Source of the DNA: Candidatus Nanosynbacter sp. | GTDB lineage: Bacteria; Patescibacteriota; Saccharimonadia; Saccharimonadales; Saccharimonadaceae | DNA length: 48,256 nt | Reading direction: 5' to 3' | Assembly (NCBI GenBank): GCA_015257605.1 | Contig: JABZJV010000001.1 | Span: 1-48,256, forward strand | Shown: one piece after another, positions 1 to 10,825 of the stretch | Layout of the letters: every line of letters begins with the position of its first letter | Position numbering within the stretch: position 1 is the stretch's first letter | Position numbers and translations under genes: made by a program | The notes under the pieces: generated by a model | Databases searched by the model: none | The model's input: the letters and a program-made list of their open reading frames with translations, nothing else | Told to the model about the DNA's origin: nothing

Positions 1-450
1 AAACTTTGGTGCGATTGTGTTACGGATAATTTGACTAGCTCGCGCATCGGTTAACAAACCTTCCATACCATTGCCGACCTCGATTCGCATTTTACGGTCA
101 TTCTTGGCAATAAGCAGTAATATGCCATTACTCTTTTTCTTGTCGCCGATACCCCATTGGCGGGCTACTTTGAGGCTATATTCCTCCAGACTATCATCAC
201 TGCCAAGCGTCGGAATCATCAACACGCCAATTTGGAATGATTTTTTCTGGCGCTCAGCATTAATCAGCTGCGCAATGCGGTCAATATCTTCATTTGCCAA
301 ACTTTCCGTCTGGTCAATTATAGGACGTTCAAGCGGCGGCGTATCCGGCACTTCTAGTTTAGCGAAAGCCGTATTACTAAACAGGCAGCCAAATAACACT
401 GCCAATGACAACAATCCAACTAAATTAATAACAGAGCTTCGCCAACGCAT
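1..450 (-). CDS. TPM-domain (TLP18.3/Psb32/MOLO-1, YgcG-like) protein, runs off the window edge
   Basis: Manual translation from ATG 450: signal peptide, then IIDQTESL...QIGVLMIPTL...LEEYSLKVARQWGIG...NGILLLIAKNDRKMRIEVGNGMEGLLTDA; typical partner directly downstream of lemA. Confidence 0.85.
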   Translation of the reverse strand, partial: MRWRSSVINLVGLLSLAVLFGCLFSNTAFAKLEVPDTPPLERPIIDQTESLANEDIDRIAQLINAERQKKSFQIGVLMIPTLGSDDSLEEYSLKVARQWGIGDKKKSNGILLLIAKNDRKMRIEVGNGMEGLLTDARASQIIRNTIAPKF

Positions 451-458
451 ATCTAGTT

Positions 459-1064
459 TTATTGTTTGGTTGAATTTGCTGCGTTGAAATCAACCGACGG
501 AGCTTTATTAGCACCAGCGTCCGACTCAAAATACGGTCGCTCCTTGAAACCGAACATGCCCGCTAACAAATTTGTCGGGAAAGATTTAACCTTCGTGTTA
601 TATGATTTAGCAGCGTCATTAAAGTCATTGCGCGCCACAGTTATACGATTTTCTGTACCTTCTAACTGTGATTGCAAGTCTTTGAAGTTTTCCGTTGCTT
701 TGAGCTGCGGATAGTTTTCGGCAACCGCCAACAGCCGACTGAGCGACGAGCTAACCTCGCTTTGGGCCTGCTGGAACTTGGCTATGTCATCTGGATTATT
801 GGCGTCGACTTTGATTTGCGTGGCTTTAGCGCGCGCCTCGACTACCTTTGTTAGTGTCTCTTGCTCGAAATTAGCCGCGCCCTTGACGGTGTTCACGAGG
901 TTAGGAATTAAGTCGCTGCGCCGTTGATATTGCGACTCAACCTTGCTCCATGCCGTATTAACCGACTCGCGGCTAGCCACCATGCTATTATAAGATCCAG
1001 CGACTATCATTATTAGCAGCAACACCACGCCGCCGATGACTGCTGGGATTTTCCAATTTTTCAT
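459..1064 (-). CDS. lemA: LemA family protein
   Basis: N-terminal TM; YNSMV..., YQRRSDLIPNLV, AENYPQLKA, ENRITVAR, FPTNLLA motifs; GGAGG SD upstream. Confidence 0.95.
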   Translation of the reverse strand: MKNWKIPAVIGGVVLLLIMIVAGSYNSMVASRESVNTAWSKVESQYQRRSDLIPNLVNTVKGAANFEQETLTKVVEARAKATQIKVDANNPDDIAKFQQAQSEVSSSLSRLLAVAENYPQLKATENFKDLQSQLEGTENRITVARNDFNDAAKSYNTKVKSFPTNLLAGMFGFKERPYFESDAGANKAPSVDFNAANSTKQ

Positions 1065-1141
1065 TCCAACCTCCTACTTATTGATACTTTTATTTTATAG
1101 GCTGCCAGCGAAAATCGCAACAAGGAGTTCATACCAGCTTA

Positions 1142-2275
1142 TCAAGGGTGCTGCCAAATCCGGACCCAGTCAACTTCCATCGGCCAGGTTTTTCCGGTAC
1201 CCAGAATAACGTCAATCGCTGTCTCGGAATCAAACAGTCCAAACGGATTACTAAGCGTCGGATTAGTGCCGTCGGCAGCTACCGGATTTTGCTGCGGATC
1301 ATTCGGCACCAAGAGGTTCCGCTTTTCTCCCCAATATTGCTTTAATACCAACACGCCGTCGATATACCATTCAACGCCGTTTGTATCCCATAAACAACCG
1401 TACGTATGCCAATCCGCTGAATGATAGTTCGGATTTCGATAATCGGCTTTTCGATTTTTAATCATTAAAGATTTATCAAACTGACCGCCATGATGAGCCC
1501 ATAGCGTACCCAGAAACTCATCTTTGCGCATAATCTCAACCATATCAAGCTCGACATACGGCCGCTGATTCAAACGATGCAAATGATTCGACTGCGCCCA
1601 AAACGCCGGCCAAGAAGAATTCTCCGGCGGCACATTGCGTACGCCGTCAGCATCGACGCGCATCCGCACTTCGTAATAACCGCACCCAAACGATTGCCCC
1701 TCGCCGGTATTTGGGTCGCGCGTCATGAAATTACGATTGTAGGTACTATGTGATGGTGCAATCCGCAGCACAGAATTATTCACAGATTATTCGCTTGGCT
1801 GAGTGTCGGGTTTGCCCCACTTGTGAACCCCAGCTGGATACCATTTGAAACCTGGCGCGCCGGTATTGCCAGTGTCAATCGTGCTAATTGAAGTAAAATC
1901 ATCCTCAAAAGCCAAGCGAGTAAAGCCATTATTAGCGGCGGCACCCGGAACAGCAGGCGCAGGCGGTGTAATCGGCGGAGTAACTGGCGGCGTTGACGGA
2001 TTGCTCGGCGCAGGTGAATTATCTGGCGTCATCGGCACGGGCACGCCATTTACCAGTTTAACGCAGCCAGCGTATTGATAACCGTCAATCGCTGCTGGAG
2101 TATAGGTAATTTCTTCGCCATCCTTCAGGCTAATAACTTCGCTTGAACCAATACTAGTAATAATTGCTGAAGCGGTGTTGTTGAAATAGCCTGACACGCC
2201 GACGCCCGCCACCACGAGCACCGCCAATATACAGCAAAAAGATATAACGCAATTGAGACGCTTATGGGAAATTGT
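1142..2275 (-). pseudogene. Secreted GH16-like glycoside hydrolase interrupted by an in-frame TAA (1787-1789)
   Basis: ORFs 1787..2227 and 1142..1783 share one frame (..QPSE*SVNN..); signal peptide, Pro-rich linker, LAFEDDF, GYYEVRM, WPAFW, ELDMVE catalytic motif, WHTYG, VEWYIDG, MEVDWVRIW. Confidence 0.75.
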
Positions 2276-2276
2276 A

Positions 2277-2747
2277 TTATTGACGCGTAACTTTGACCAT
2301 CGCGTCGCGAATCACTACGCCGTCCAATGTATAGCCGGCACGCAGTTCCTCAGCAATCACTTCTTTGTCGCCTTCTGCTGATTCGTCGAATTGGATGGCT
2401 TGGTGCAATTCAGGATTAAACAGCGTACCAGGTTTAGCGTTAATTTTCTCGAGGCCGATTTCTTTGAGTTGCTTATCGAGCTGTTTATTCAGGCCCGCCA
2501 CACCCTTAGCCCAGGCGTTATCCTGTAATTCCTCTGGCACATTGGCAACCGCCCGCTCAATCGTATCGATCACTGGCAATAGTTTCATCACCGACTTCGC
2601 CTGGCCCATTTGGTGTGCCGATTGTTTCTCTGTCTCGACGCGCTTGCGATAGTTCTCGAAATCCGCCCGCGTCCGCTGCAAGTCCAGCGTCAACTCGCCC
2701 AATTGCTGCTCTAAGTCTTCAGTTTTGTTAGTCTTATTCTTTGTCAT
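2277..2747 (-). CDS. grpE: Nucleotide exchange factor GrpE
   Basis: ADFENYRKR, LLPVIDTIERA, FNPELHQAI, GYTLDGVVIRDAMVKV. Confidence 0.97.
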   Translation of the reverse strand: MTKNKTNKTEDLEQQLGELTLDLQRTRADFENYRKRVETEKQSAHQMGQAKSVMKLLPVIDTIERAVANVPEELQDNAWAKGVAGLNKQLDKQLKEIGLEKINAKPGTLFNPELHQAIQFDESAEGDKEVIAEELRAGYTLDGVVIRDAMVKVTRQ

Positions 2748-2756
2748 TTTTTCCTC

Positions 2757-3467
2757 CTACAACATTCCCTCTAGCATAGCGCCGGTTCGCCGCACCAGCT
2801 CCATCGTTCGGCGATAATTTTGCCGCGTCGGGCCGATCACACCGATATAGCTATCATCGCTAAACTGCGAGCGGAATTTACTGATGATCAGCGTGGCGCC
2901 AGAGCTTTTACCAATCGGATTTTCACTGCCGATAAACACATTCAGCGGCTGGTTCGGCGCTGCTTCACGTAGCCACGGCTCGATATTATCAATCAACCTG
3001 GCAATCGCTTGCACGTGGTCGCCCTCGACAAATTCCGGCTGGCTAAACAGCTGCGTCATGCCGTTCATATACAAGTGCGTGCCAAACGACGCAAAGCCGA
3101 AATTACCCGTCAGCTCCACCAGACTATCAACGGCGCTGCGAATTGCCCGGTCAGACTTATCAACGTGCGAGTTAACATGCGCTTCGATCGCTCTCGCACT
3201 GCGATCGATGCCGCTCGGCAGCTCCGTCATCTGAGCATTGGTGATGCCATTGACATAAAAGCGATAGCCTTTGTCGGTAGGAATCCGGCCGGCGCTGGTA
3301 TGCGGCGCCTCGATAAAGCCCATTTCCTCCAGCTTCGCCATCTCGCTGCGAATCGTGGCGCTACTCACGCCAAACAATTTGGCTAGCGTCACGCTGCCAA
3401 CTGGCGCCGCAATCTCGGCATACTGCTCAATGATGGCAGCTAAAATCGCCTGTTGACGTTCGGTCAT
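2757..3467 (-). CDS. hrcA: Heat-inducible transcription repressor HrcA (short form)
   Basis: [47 protein letters not shown]; start taken at ATG 3467. Confidence 0.95.
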   Translation of the reverse strand: MTERQQAILAAIIEQYAEIAAPVGSVTLAKLFGVSSATIRSEMAKLEEMGFIEAPHTSAGRIPTDKGYRFYVNGITNAQMTELPSGIDRSARAIEAHVNSHVDKSDRAIRSAVDSLVELTGNFGFASFGTHLYMNGMTQLFSQPEFVEGDHVQAIARLIDNIEPWLREAAPNQPLNVFIGSENPIGKSSGATLIISKFRSQFSDDSYIGVIGPTRQNYRRTMELVRRTGAMLEGML

Positions 3468-3487
3468 ACTCCTATTATATCGCACAT

Positions 3488-3514
3488 TTAGCACTCTTGC
3501 AAGGCGAGTGCTAA
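3488..3514. promoter_or_regulatory. CIRCE operator overlapping the hrcA sigma70 promoter
   Basis: Exact TTAGCACTC-N9-GAGTGCTAA; minus-strand TTGCAA-17 nt-TATAAT (-10 at 3479-3474). Confidence 0.97.
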
Positions 3515-4224
3515 CCAGCCGCTTTCAATTGCTCTAGCAAATCACGCGCTGCCAACCTGGCCTCATCATCCTTGCGATTATAAACGTCCGGTTTCGAGGC
3601 AATTTCGCGAACAATACGCGCAGTTTCGTCGATGTCATCGTTTATAACAAAATGATAATATGGCACTTCAAGCGCATGAGTAATTTCACGAATTGCACTA
3701 TTGTAGCGTTTCGGCCATTCGCGATCAAATTCCTCTTGCGAAGCGTAACGTACACTGAGACGACGACGCCATTCTTGATAATTTGGCGGCAACAAAAATA
3801 TCGCTACCACGCCTGGCGACAGCTTTTTATATTCATCGACACCTTGCACATCAATATCAGTAACCGCAATTTTACCAGCATCATGAATATCCTGAATCTG
3901 CTTGACGCCAGTACCATAAACTGTACCGTGCACAAATTTCGCCTCGACAAAAGCATGACTTTCCAACAATCTAGCGGCAGTCGCTTCATCAATATAGTTA
4001 TAATCAATGCCTTCACGCTCCCATACACCTTTATTTTGACGCGGCTGGCGAGTCGTATACGACACAATATCAGCAAACTCCGACGACTGCATTAATCGCT
4101 GCTTGGTCGTGTCCTTGCCTGCACCCGATATACCGACGAGCAACACAATTTTAGTTTGAATAATGAGCTGGCGAACCGCTTCGCTCGGCTGATATTCTCT
4201 GATAAGCTTTTCGATCTTTGACAT
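3511..4224 (-). CDS. gmk: Guanylate kinase
   Basis: [10 protein letters not shown]-loop, [32 protein letters not shown]. Confidence 0.9.
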   Translation of the reverse strand: MSKIEKLIREYQPSEAVRQLIIQTKIVLLVGISGAGKDTTKQRLMQSSEFADIVSYTTRQPRQNKGVWEREGIDYNYIDEATAARLLESHAFVEAKFVHGTVYGTGVKQIQDIHDAGKIAVTDIDVQGVDEYKKLSPGVVAIFLLPPNYQEWRRRLSVRYASQEEFDREWPKRYNSAIREITHALEVPYYHFVINDDIDETARIVREIASKPDVYNRKDDEARLAARDLLEQLKAAG

Positions 4225-4233
4225 AATATCTGC

Positions 4234-4701
4234 TTATAATAACTCATCCAGCACCGATTGCCAATCGGGAAACTGCGGACTGCCGAAGTGAATATGCCGG
4301 CCAGCAAACTCAGCAGCGCCTTTAGTTGTCCGGTCATCAATCAAAATATCACCGCGACTCAGCTGCTTGACCGACGAAAATACCACTTTGCGAAAGAAAA
4401 TATTTTCTTGGCCATCACCACCAAAATACTTCTTTACCCACGCCAATTTATCGCCTAGCGCTGTCGGATTCTCCCATGGCGATGACGACAGGATATACAA
4501 ATCATACTTTTCTTTCAGCTTGTCGACCACTTCAATTGCCCCCGGCATCGGATCCATCAGCGCAAAAACGCCCGGGATATTATCATACTCGCCCGCAAAC
4601 TTCTCGAGCAGCTCCGGCGGAATCTTCGTCAAAGCCGACTCAAAATCAACCAGCACGCCGTCCATATCGATATAGACAATCGGCTTCTTATTTTCGCACA
4701 T
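4234..4701 (-). CDS. 5'(3')-deoxyribonucleotidase (NT5C, HAD superfamily)
   Basis: YIDMDGVLVDF, PMPGAIE, YILSS, KLAWVKKYF, GDILIDD; likely start ATG 4701. Confidence 0.85.
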   Translation of the reverse strand: MCENKKPIVYIDMDGVLVDFESALTKIPPELLEKFAGEYDNIPGVFALMDPMPGAIEVVDKLKEKYDLYILSSSPWENPTALGDKLAWVKKYFGGDGQENIFFRKVVFSSVKQLSRGDILIDDRTTKGAAEFAGRHIHFGSPQFPDWQSVLDELL

Positions 4702-5296
4702 CTTTACCCCTACCAGTGAAGGATGAAAAATCACGATACACAGTACTTCCATCACCAGGTGCACTACCTTTATTTCGGTGAACAAAGCCCTGTTTACGAG
4801 CAATTTTCAAGTCGCCAAGTGTAGGGAATGTTGTCACTTCATTCCATTCGTTTGGCAAGCGACGTTTCGTGACAGCAAAGTCGCTGTCAACACCTCTAAT
4901 AACTACAGCTCTAATTATTTTTATGCCCATACGCCTCGCCAATGTTGTTCGATGCATACCGTCAACAAGCAGTAATCCTTCATGATCATCTTCCTCAATA
5001 ATAGGCGGGAGCATGACTCCGCCCTCCCCATTTTCTTCATCGATAATATCAATTCCACCAGTTCCCATGCACAGTGTATCTTCACCGTACGGCAAAACAA
5101 GCTCTCTTAAACCCTCTTGCTTGCGTACACCAGCGTCAATAACATACCGCTGCGTCGGCTGAAAATCACCTATGCAGACACCCTCAATTGAGATATCACT
5201 ACCAGCGTACGGTCGCACATCTTTATCGGCTAATGTCGGTGTCTGATACAGATTATCAATTAACCACCCTTGAGACTTAAATCCCTCTACTCGCAC
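4688..5296 (-). CDS. Hypothetical protein with ParB/sulfiredoxin-like motif
   Basis: PPII...LLLVDGMHR...IRAVV signature; GTG start overlaps the stop of the lepA C-terminal gene. Confidence 0.55.
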   Translation of the reverse strand: MRVEGFKSQGWLIDNLYQTPTLADKDVRPYAGSDISIEGVCIGDFQPTQRYVIDAGVRKQEGLRELVLPYGEDTLCMGTGGIDIIDEENGEGGVMLPPIIEEDDHEGLLLVDGMHRTTLARRMGIKIIRAVVIRGVDSDFAVTKRRLPNEWNEVTTFPTLGDLKIARKQGFVHRNKGSAPGDGSTVYRDFSSFTGRGKDVRK

Positions 5297-6255
5297 TAAT
5301 CTCTCCTTAGCATTATTGTAAATGCCTCGCTCGGAATGTCAACCTTGCCGAAGCGTTTCATGCGTTTTTTGCCGCGGGCTTGCTTGGCGAGGAGCTTCTT
5401 CTTGCGGCTGACGTCGCCGCCGTACAGATAGCCAGTGACGTCTTTACGGTAGGCACCGATGTTTTCTCGGGCGATAAACCTACCGCCAATCGCCGCCTGC
5501 AACGCCACTTCAAAGCTCTGGCGCGGCACCACCTCTTTGAGCTTTTTGACGATTTCGCGACCCAAGCCTGGCGCCTCAGAGCGGTGACACATCACACTCA
5601 GCGCATCGACCATTTCGCCCGCTACATAAAAATCCACTCGCACCAAATCTTCCGGCTGATAACCCGCTAGCTCATAATTAAACGAGCCGTAGCCACTGGT
5701 TACCGACTTCAGTTGATCATAAAAATCCGTCAACAGATTTGCCAGCGGTGCCGTAAAGGAAATGAGGGCGCGCTCATCGATGTAACTGAGATTTTTCTGC
5801 CGGCCGCGCTTGGCGACAATCAGCTGAATCACCGCACCGATATAATCTTGCGGCACCACAATTTCGCCGTCAATCCACGGCTCGCGAATTTCTTTGATCT
5901 GCGCTGGGTCAGGTAGTTCGCTGGCCGATTTGATATCCAACTCCTCACCGTTGGTCAAACTAACTTGATAATCCGTACTCGGATTGGTGACGATGAGATC
6001 CAGATTATACTCGCGCTCCAGCCGCTCGCGAATGATGTCCATGTGGAGCAAGCCGAGGAAACCAATCCGCACACCATAGCCCAACACCGGCGAATTCTCC
6101 GGCTCAAACTGCAGCGCCGAATCGCTCAGACTCAGCTTCTCGATTGCCTCTTTCAGGTCATTATAATCCTCGTTAGATACCGGAAAGAACCCCGCATAGA
6201 CGAAGGGCTTGACTTCTTTGTAGCCAGGGAGAGGCTGGATGGTGATATGAGACAT
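5296..6255 (-). CDS. lepA: Elongation factor 4 (LepA), C-terminal half (domains III, V, CTD)
   Basis: PLPGYKEVKPFVYAGFFP, GFLGLLHMDIIRERLEREY, GYGSFNYE, RKDVTGYLYGGDVSRKKKLL, GKKRMK; own TATAAT upstream; alternative start 6270. Confidence 0.93.
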   Translation of the reverse strand: MSHITIQPLPGYKEVKPFVYAGFFPVSNEDYNDLKEAIEKLSLSDSALQFEPENSPVLGYGVRIGFLGLLHMDIIRERLEREYNLDLIVTNPSTDYQVSLTNGEELDIKSASELPDPAQIKEIREPWIDGEIVVPQDYIGAVIQLIVAKRGRQKNLSYIDERALISFTAPLANLLTDFYDQLKSVTSGYGSFNYELAGYQPEDLVRVDFYVAGEMVDALSVMCHRSEAPGLGREIVKKLKEVVPRQSFEVALQAAIGGRFIARENIGAYRKDVTGYLYGGDVSRKKKLLAKQARGKKRMKRFGKVDIPSEAFTIMLRRD

Positions 6256-6325
6256 ATTAGTAAAGTGCATTATAACATTTTTGTCCGAAGACGTCGATTA
6301 AGCAACGTATTTTACAAAAACCACG

Positions 6326-7012
6326 CTAATTGATATACCGCTCAATACGCTCAGCCCGCAGCATTAGCACCTCAGTCAAACCTTGCAAATATGCTGTATA
6401 CTGCTCAACAGTCTGAGGTAGCGGTGACGATTGAAAATCATCAAAATCTGTTAGTATTTTAACTTGGTATTTATCATCAACAAAATCTTGCAACAAGAAA
6501 AAATCGACATAGTCCTGAAAATCACCAAACCACTCAAAAAAGTCACGATAACGATCAAAAACATTAGCGAGCGGGCTGTCCTTGCCTTGATACCAGCGGG
6601 CAATACATTCTAAAGTCAGGTCAAACCGATCACCAATTTTGCGGTGCCAACCTCTCGCACGATTGATGGTCTGCGTTCCGCCGCGTAGTTCGCTGGGGAA
6701 AATAATCTCTGAGCCAATGCGCCAATCAACATTATCTATTGCCATCAAAACATCTCGTGGTGTTTGCTCAACAATCAACTTATTACGTTTCCAAGTTTCA
6801 AAAGTAGCCACCATATTATCGCTCGAAACAGGAATCTGACACCGACCATCACTGGCTATCAAGTACGCCCCCTGATCCAACATTATCAGCTGACAACCAT
6901 CAGGCAGCGGCTTAGTCCACAATTCAGCATGATAACGCTTTAATGTCGAACTGTGCTGATCTGGATCTTTATTGTTAGCGTCTTGACGACAATCAAACCA
7001 AACATCAATCAT
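6326..7012 (-). CDS. Conserved hypothetical protein (DUF6994-like)
   Basis: KDPDQHSSTLKRYHAELWTKPLP, TINRARG..IGDRFDLTLECI, FGDFQDYVDFFLLQD; AAGGAG SD before ATG 7012; family name from memory. Confidence 0.6.
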   Translation of the reverse strand: MIDVWFDCRQDANNKDPDQHSSTLKRYHAELWTKPLPDGCQLIMLDQGAYLIASDGRCQIPVSSDNMVATFETWKRNKLIVEQTPRDVLMAIDNVDWRIGSEIIFPSELRGGTQTINRARGWHRKIGDRFDLTLECIARWYQGKDSPLANVFDRYRDFFEWFGDFQDYVDFFLLQDFVDDKYQVKILTDFDDFQSSPLPQTVEQYTAYLQGLTEVLMLRAERIERYIN

Positions 7013-7175
7013 TAGTGTCGCTCCTTTCTTGGTACTAATTTGCATATCGCATACAATATACAAATTAAAATACTCAATCCGCCGCAATAACGTCCCCAAC
7101 AGACCGCCGCTTGGAATAAGCCTGCCGCTCTCGCCATAACCGATACACAGCAAAATTGTTACTGCGAGAAAATAA

Positions 7176-9173
7176 CTAGTTTCTATCAATTTGTGTGATA
7201 GATAGCAGATACCCAAGAGCTTTTAGCTTCCTAGCTTGGTCTGGTCGGATATTTTTAACCCTCATGTCCGCATGCGGTACAATCTCATCTAACCGCTTGA
7301 GTTTTCCTGATTTTGTATCTATTACAGCATACAGCATTCGCTGAGCCTCTGGCAAGTTGGACAAATCTGCCTCAATAGGCAATTCATCATTATGCGGTCC
7401 AAATCGTTTCATGTATAGCTGCGAATCCAAACCCGCTAAATCCTGCAACAGGTGCGCAGTAGTATGATTCGGCGTACCGCTGTATGGCAAATACCAATAG
7501 CGATACATTTTCGTCCCTAATTCTGATATTATATCCGGACGTCTCTCGTCTTTGATTGCTTGATACTGATTCTCTAACTGCTCCGCAGTAGCTTTATTAT
7601 TTCGTGTTGCAATACCTATACGTACATAAGCTTGAGTGGTTGACTTCAAAAGTCCAACAGGTTTCCCAACGAAAGCAGCAAACCGAGATATTACATCGCC
7701 TCGAATACCAAGTGCATACGTAAAGGCGCCGTTTTCTTGATTCATAACATCAATAGTTATCGCGCTACCTTCAAAGGAAGTTCCCTCATATTCGTAGGGA
7801 GCATCTGGATATTCAGCGCCTTTTGGCATAAATGTTCTATATTCGCCTGGTCGTAGCTCTTTTGTCAGTCGATCCAACGGTCCAATTATATCTTCTTGAA
7901 GAATGTTACTGTCGCTTCGATAACCCAATGCATTAAAAGAAGACTCGCTGTTTTCACCGCCAATTGGACTGATAAAATACTTCTTCAAGTCGCTATATAA
8001 ATCCGCCTTACTGGTATATTTGACATACATCTGCCCTACTTCTATATCAAGGCAGGAGACATCGGCTTCACGAAGCAACCCAAGCACCGAAGGGTCGACT
8101 TCCTGCAACGCGCTTTCTTTCAAGCGCAAATCTATGAATGATTTTTTCCAATCTTCATACATCTCGTCATTTTCTTCCAGACCTGGATATTGACAGACGA
8201 GTTCTTCGTATGATTCAATATCTGGAACAATTACTGCTAAGTTATGGCGAATATAAGGATAGTTCTGCCACCACATTTCGCCGCCGCGCTCTTCTTTGCT
8301 GCGCTCTGCTAATTTTTTATGCAAGACCTCCGACAAAGCAAGGGCTGCACGATCATGAAGCTGCGGATCAGAACCTTCAATTGCTGTTGCTTTCAGATAC
8401 GCATCAGCGCAGCGGCTTTTGACGTTTTCTTTATATCTATCTGTATCTGGCACGTCTATCTCAAACTCTTTACGCACAATCTCGCCGAAACATTTATTTG
8501 GGTCAGAGGAGATAGCCGCAACGAACCCATCTAGCTGCTCATTAAACATACTCTCCCGTTTTCGTTCAGCCTCCCGATGCGCAATGTTCTCTTGTGTAGC
8601 CTCCATTTCTTGCCTCGTTTCCTCGGCTATTTGTGCTGTTCTCTCTTCTTCCTCATTAGCTGTTCTCCCCAGAACATACTGGGTCAATAATTCCAGCTTC
8701 TTTGAATCGCCCGGATTTTTTTCCTGACGATACGAACCGCCTAAACGCCCACATCTCTGCAGCAATGTATTTAGCTTGTCATCGCCCCACTCATCCGTTA
8801 ACCTTGCGGCTGCATCGCTATTTAAGAGCCACTCCATCTCCTCAGGAGTAGCCAGGTTCGCTATAACGTCAAAAATAACCAGCAGTCTCTCGCTTCTTTT
8901 TCGAGGCTTCCAGCCCTCCTCCGGATCTTCGTAATCATCCAAAGATACGCAAATAGCCTCAGCCATTTGTCCGGCTAAATCAAACTCGCCAGGTTTCTCT
9001 TCTCGCAGTCTTTCTGCAACTTGCATCATCTTTTTACCACTAGTAAAGGCTAGAAAACTCCCATTTCGTAGTATGCTTTCTAAATCTGAATCAAGAAGCG
9101 AATCGCCATCAGCGTGCGGCGTCTCTGCGCTGCTATCACCGCTACGCGGCAGGTTAGGAAATCTATCAATCAT
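7176..9173 (-). CDS. Hypothetical protein, 665 aa, acidic and helical
   Basis: Long ORF; TTGACA-17 nt-TAGCAT promoter-like motif upstream; no family recognised. Confidence 0.7.
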   Translation of the reverse strand: MIDRFPNLPRSGDSSAETPHADGDSLLDSDLESILRNGSFLAFTSGKKMMQVAERLREEKPGEFDLAGQMAEAICVSLDDYEDPEEGWKPRKRSERLLVIFDVIANLATPEEMEWLLNSDAAARLTDEWGDDKLNTLLQRCGRLGGSYRQEKNPGDSKKLELLTQYVLGRTANEEEERTAQIAEETRQEMEATQENIAHREAERKRESMFNEQLDGFVAAISSDPNKCFGEIVRKEFEIDVPDTDRYKENVKSRCADAYLKATAIEGSDPQLHDRAALALSEVLHKKLAERSKEERGGEMWWQNYPYIRHNLAVIVPDIESYEELVCQYPGLEENDEMYEDWKKSFIDLRLKESALQEVDPSVLGLLREADVSCLDIEVGQMYVKYTSKADLYSDLKKYFISPIGGENSESSFNALGYRSDSNILQEDIIGPLDRLTKELRPGEYRTFMPKGAEYPDAPYEYEGTSFEGSAITIDVMNQENGAFTYALGIRGDVISRFAAFVGKPVGLLKSTTQAYVRIGIATRNNKATAEQLENQYQAIKDERRPDIISELGTKMYRYWYLPYSGTPNHTTAHLLQDLAGLDSQLYMKRFGPHNDELPIEADLSNLPEAQRMLYAVIDTKSGKLKRLDEIVPHADMRVKNIRPDQARKLKALGYLLSITQIDRN

Positions 9174-9251
9174 CTTAGTTATAATGCTAATATTTCTTTG
9201 CTAAATTGTCAACATTAGTGCGATGATTTACCGCCACCAGCGACAGTCAAA

Positions 9252-10715
9252 CTACTTTAAGGCAGTTCCGCCAAGCTGCCCTTTGGCTCTAGCTCTCCGC
9301 TTTTCTAATAATCGTTCAACCTTAGCTGCAACCTGCCCGACTTCATCTTCGGAAAGATAGAATACTCCTCCTGCCTTAACTGGGATTAATTCAAGTTGCT
9401 CAATAGCATGCCAAGCATCCCCGTAAGATACGTCTTGTCTACCTCTACGCTGTTGATCTTCTCTTACGAACTTAGTAACAGGAACATAACCCTCTGGAAT
9501 AGGCTGACGGCTCTCTATAGCAGCGCGAATCTTTTCAGCTTCCGACGGAGAAAAAATAATAGGCAGTCCAGCTTCACCCAACAATCCAAGCTTCTCGGCC
9601 GTACGTCTTACAATATGCTTTGGCACACCTGTCTCATTCATAATATCTTGAACCCCAACAAAACCTTCTGGAATTGATCTTGTTCGCCTTCTTTTCTCGT
9701 CTACAATAATTCGGGCATCTTCTCCAGTAAAAGCAAATATTCGACGGTTTTTCTCGCTACGATATACGCCCATTGTTATTTTTCCTTTCTTAGCCAATTC
9801 TCTGGCAAGTCTTGAAATCATCGTTCCATCTTTTAAGCCTAATTCTTTTGCCATATCTTTAGTAGTAACATACCCATCCGGAACTAGAGGCAAATGTTTT
9901 GAACTTCTTGAACTTCTTAGATACCTCGTATCAACAGGCTTATCCAATTTCTGTTGGCTGAATCCACCTTTTAGCGCATTTACCAAATTGGCTGTAAAAT
10001 TCTTCTTGGTTAGAATTCGCGCACCTTGTTCTGGATTGTCCTTTATTAGCTTGCTCAGCTCCTCTTTCGTATAGTCCGTTAGCGGGCGTTTCGGCTCATT
10101 CTCCGACGGACGGTTAGCGCTAACTTGCTCGCGCACCCATTCGCCATTAAACACAAACGTAGCGTTGCCATATTCCTGGCAGACTAGAATAACTTTATCA
10201 ATTCCAGGCACGGTAACTTGATAGTACGGCTCTTCGCGCATCATATTCGGATTGACGCTTCCCCAAACGATAGACACCGCCTCAGAGTCGTCAGGATTTA
10301 TGTCAAAATCATTCATTAATACAAATAGCAGATTCTCTAACTTCGGCTGCTTGCCTTTTTTCTCCATTCCAGTACCGCTGCCTGTCGCCTGCGGAACAGG
10401 CGCGCTGTCTGACGGCACGAATACATCGCTGGCTTCGTTCGCCTGCGCAATCACCTGACCAATTACCGCAAATTAGCTAGCTTTACCCTCCAAATGCCTG
10501 AGAATGCCTTCCACATCCTCCAGTCCAAAATATTCAAGCGCCGCGTCCTCATGTTCTTTTCCATTGGCCTCTCCAAGCTGCTGCCACTCAGCACCCGGCT
10601 GGGCGTCGTATTCGGCAACCACATCTTCGACCAGATTAATAACCGCGCCCAGCGCGTCATCGACATACGTGTCCGTATTTTCCAGCGTTAACGGCCTGTC
10701 GATCACTTCAGACAA
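9252..10715 (-). pseudogene. Hypothetical protein with tandem HTH-like repeats, interrupted by an in-frame TAA (10473-10475)
   Basis: ORFs 10473..10715 and 9252..10454 are in frame (EGKAS*FAVIGQVIAQ); three (V/I)P(D/E)G(Y/F)V-initiated repeats. Confidence 0.55.
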
Positions 10716-10825
10716 TCGATTCTTAAAAGTTTCTTTCTGGTTAATATAATGTCAATAATAAATTGTCGCGTTTCTTACGCTTTTATTTTATTGATTACAT
10801 CTTGAAAGGAGTATAGCAACTTATT

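Noticed and set aside
71..487. 138-aa plus-strand ORF and similar antisense ORFs over grpE, hrcA, ftsH, aspS and the surface protein
   Set aside because: Shadows of well-supported genes on the opposite strand; no motifs
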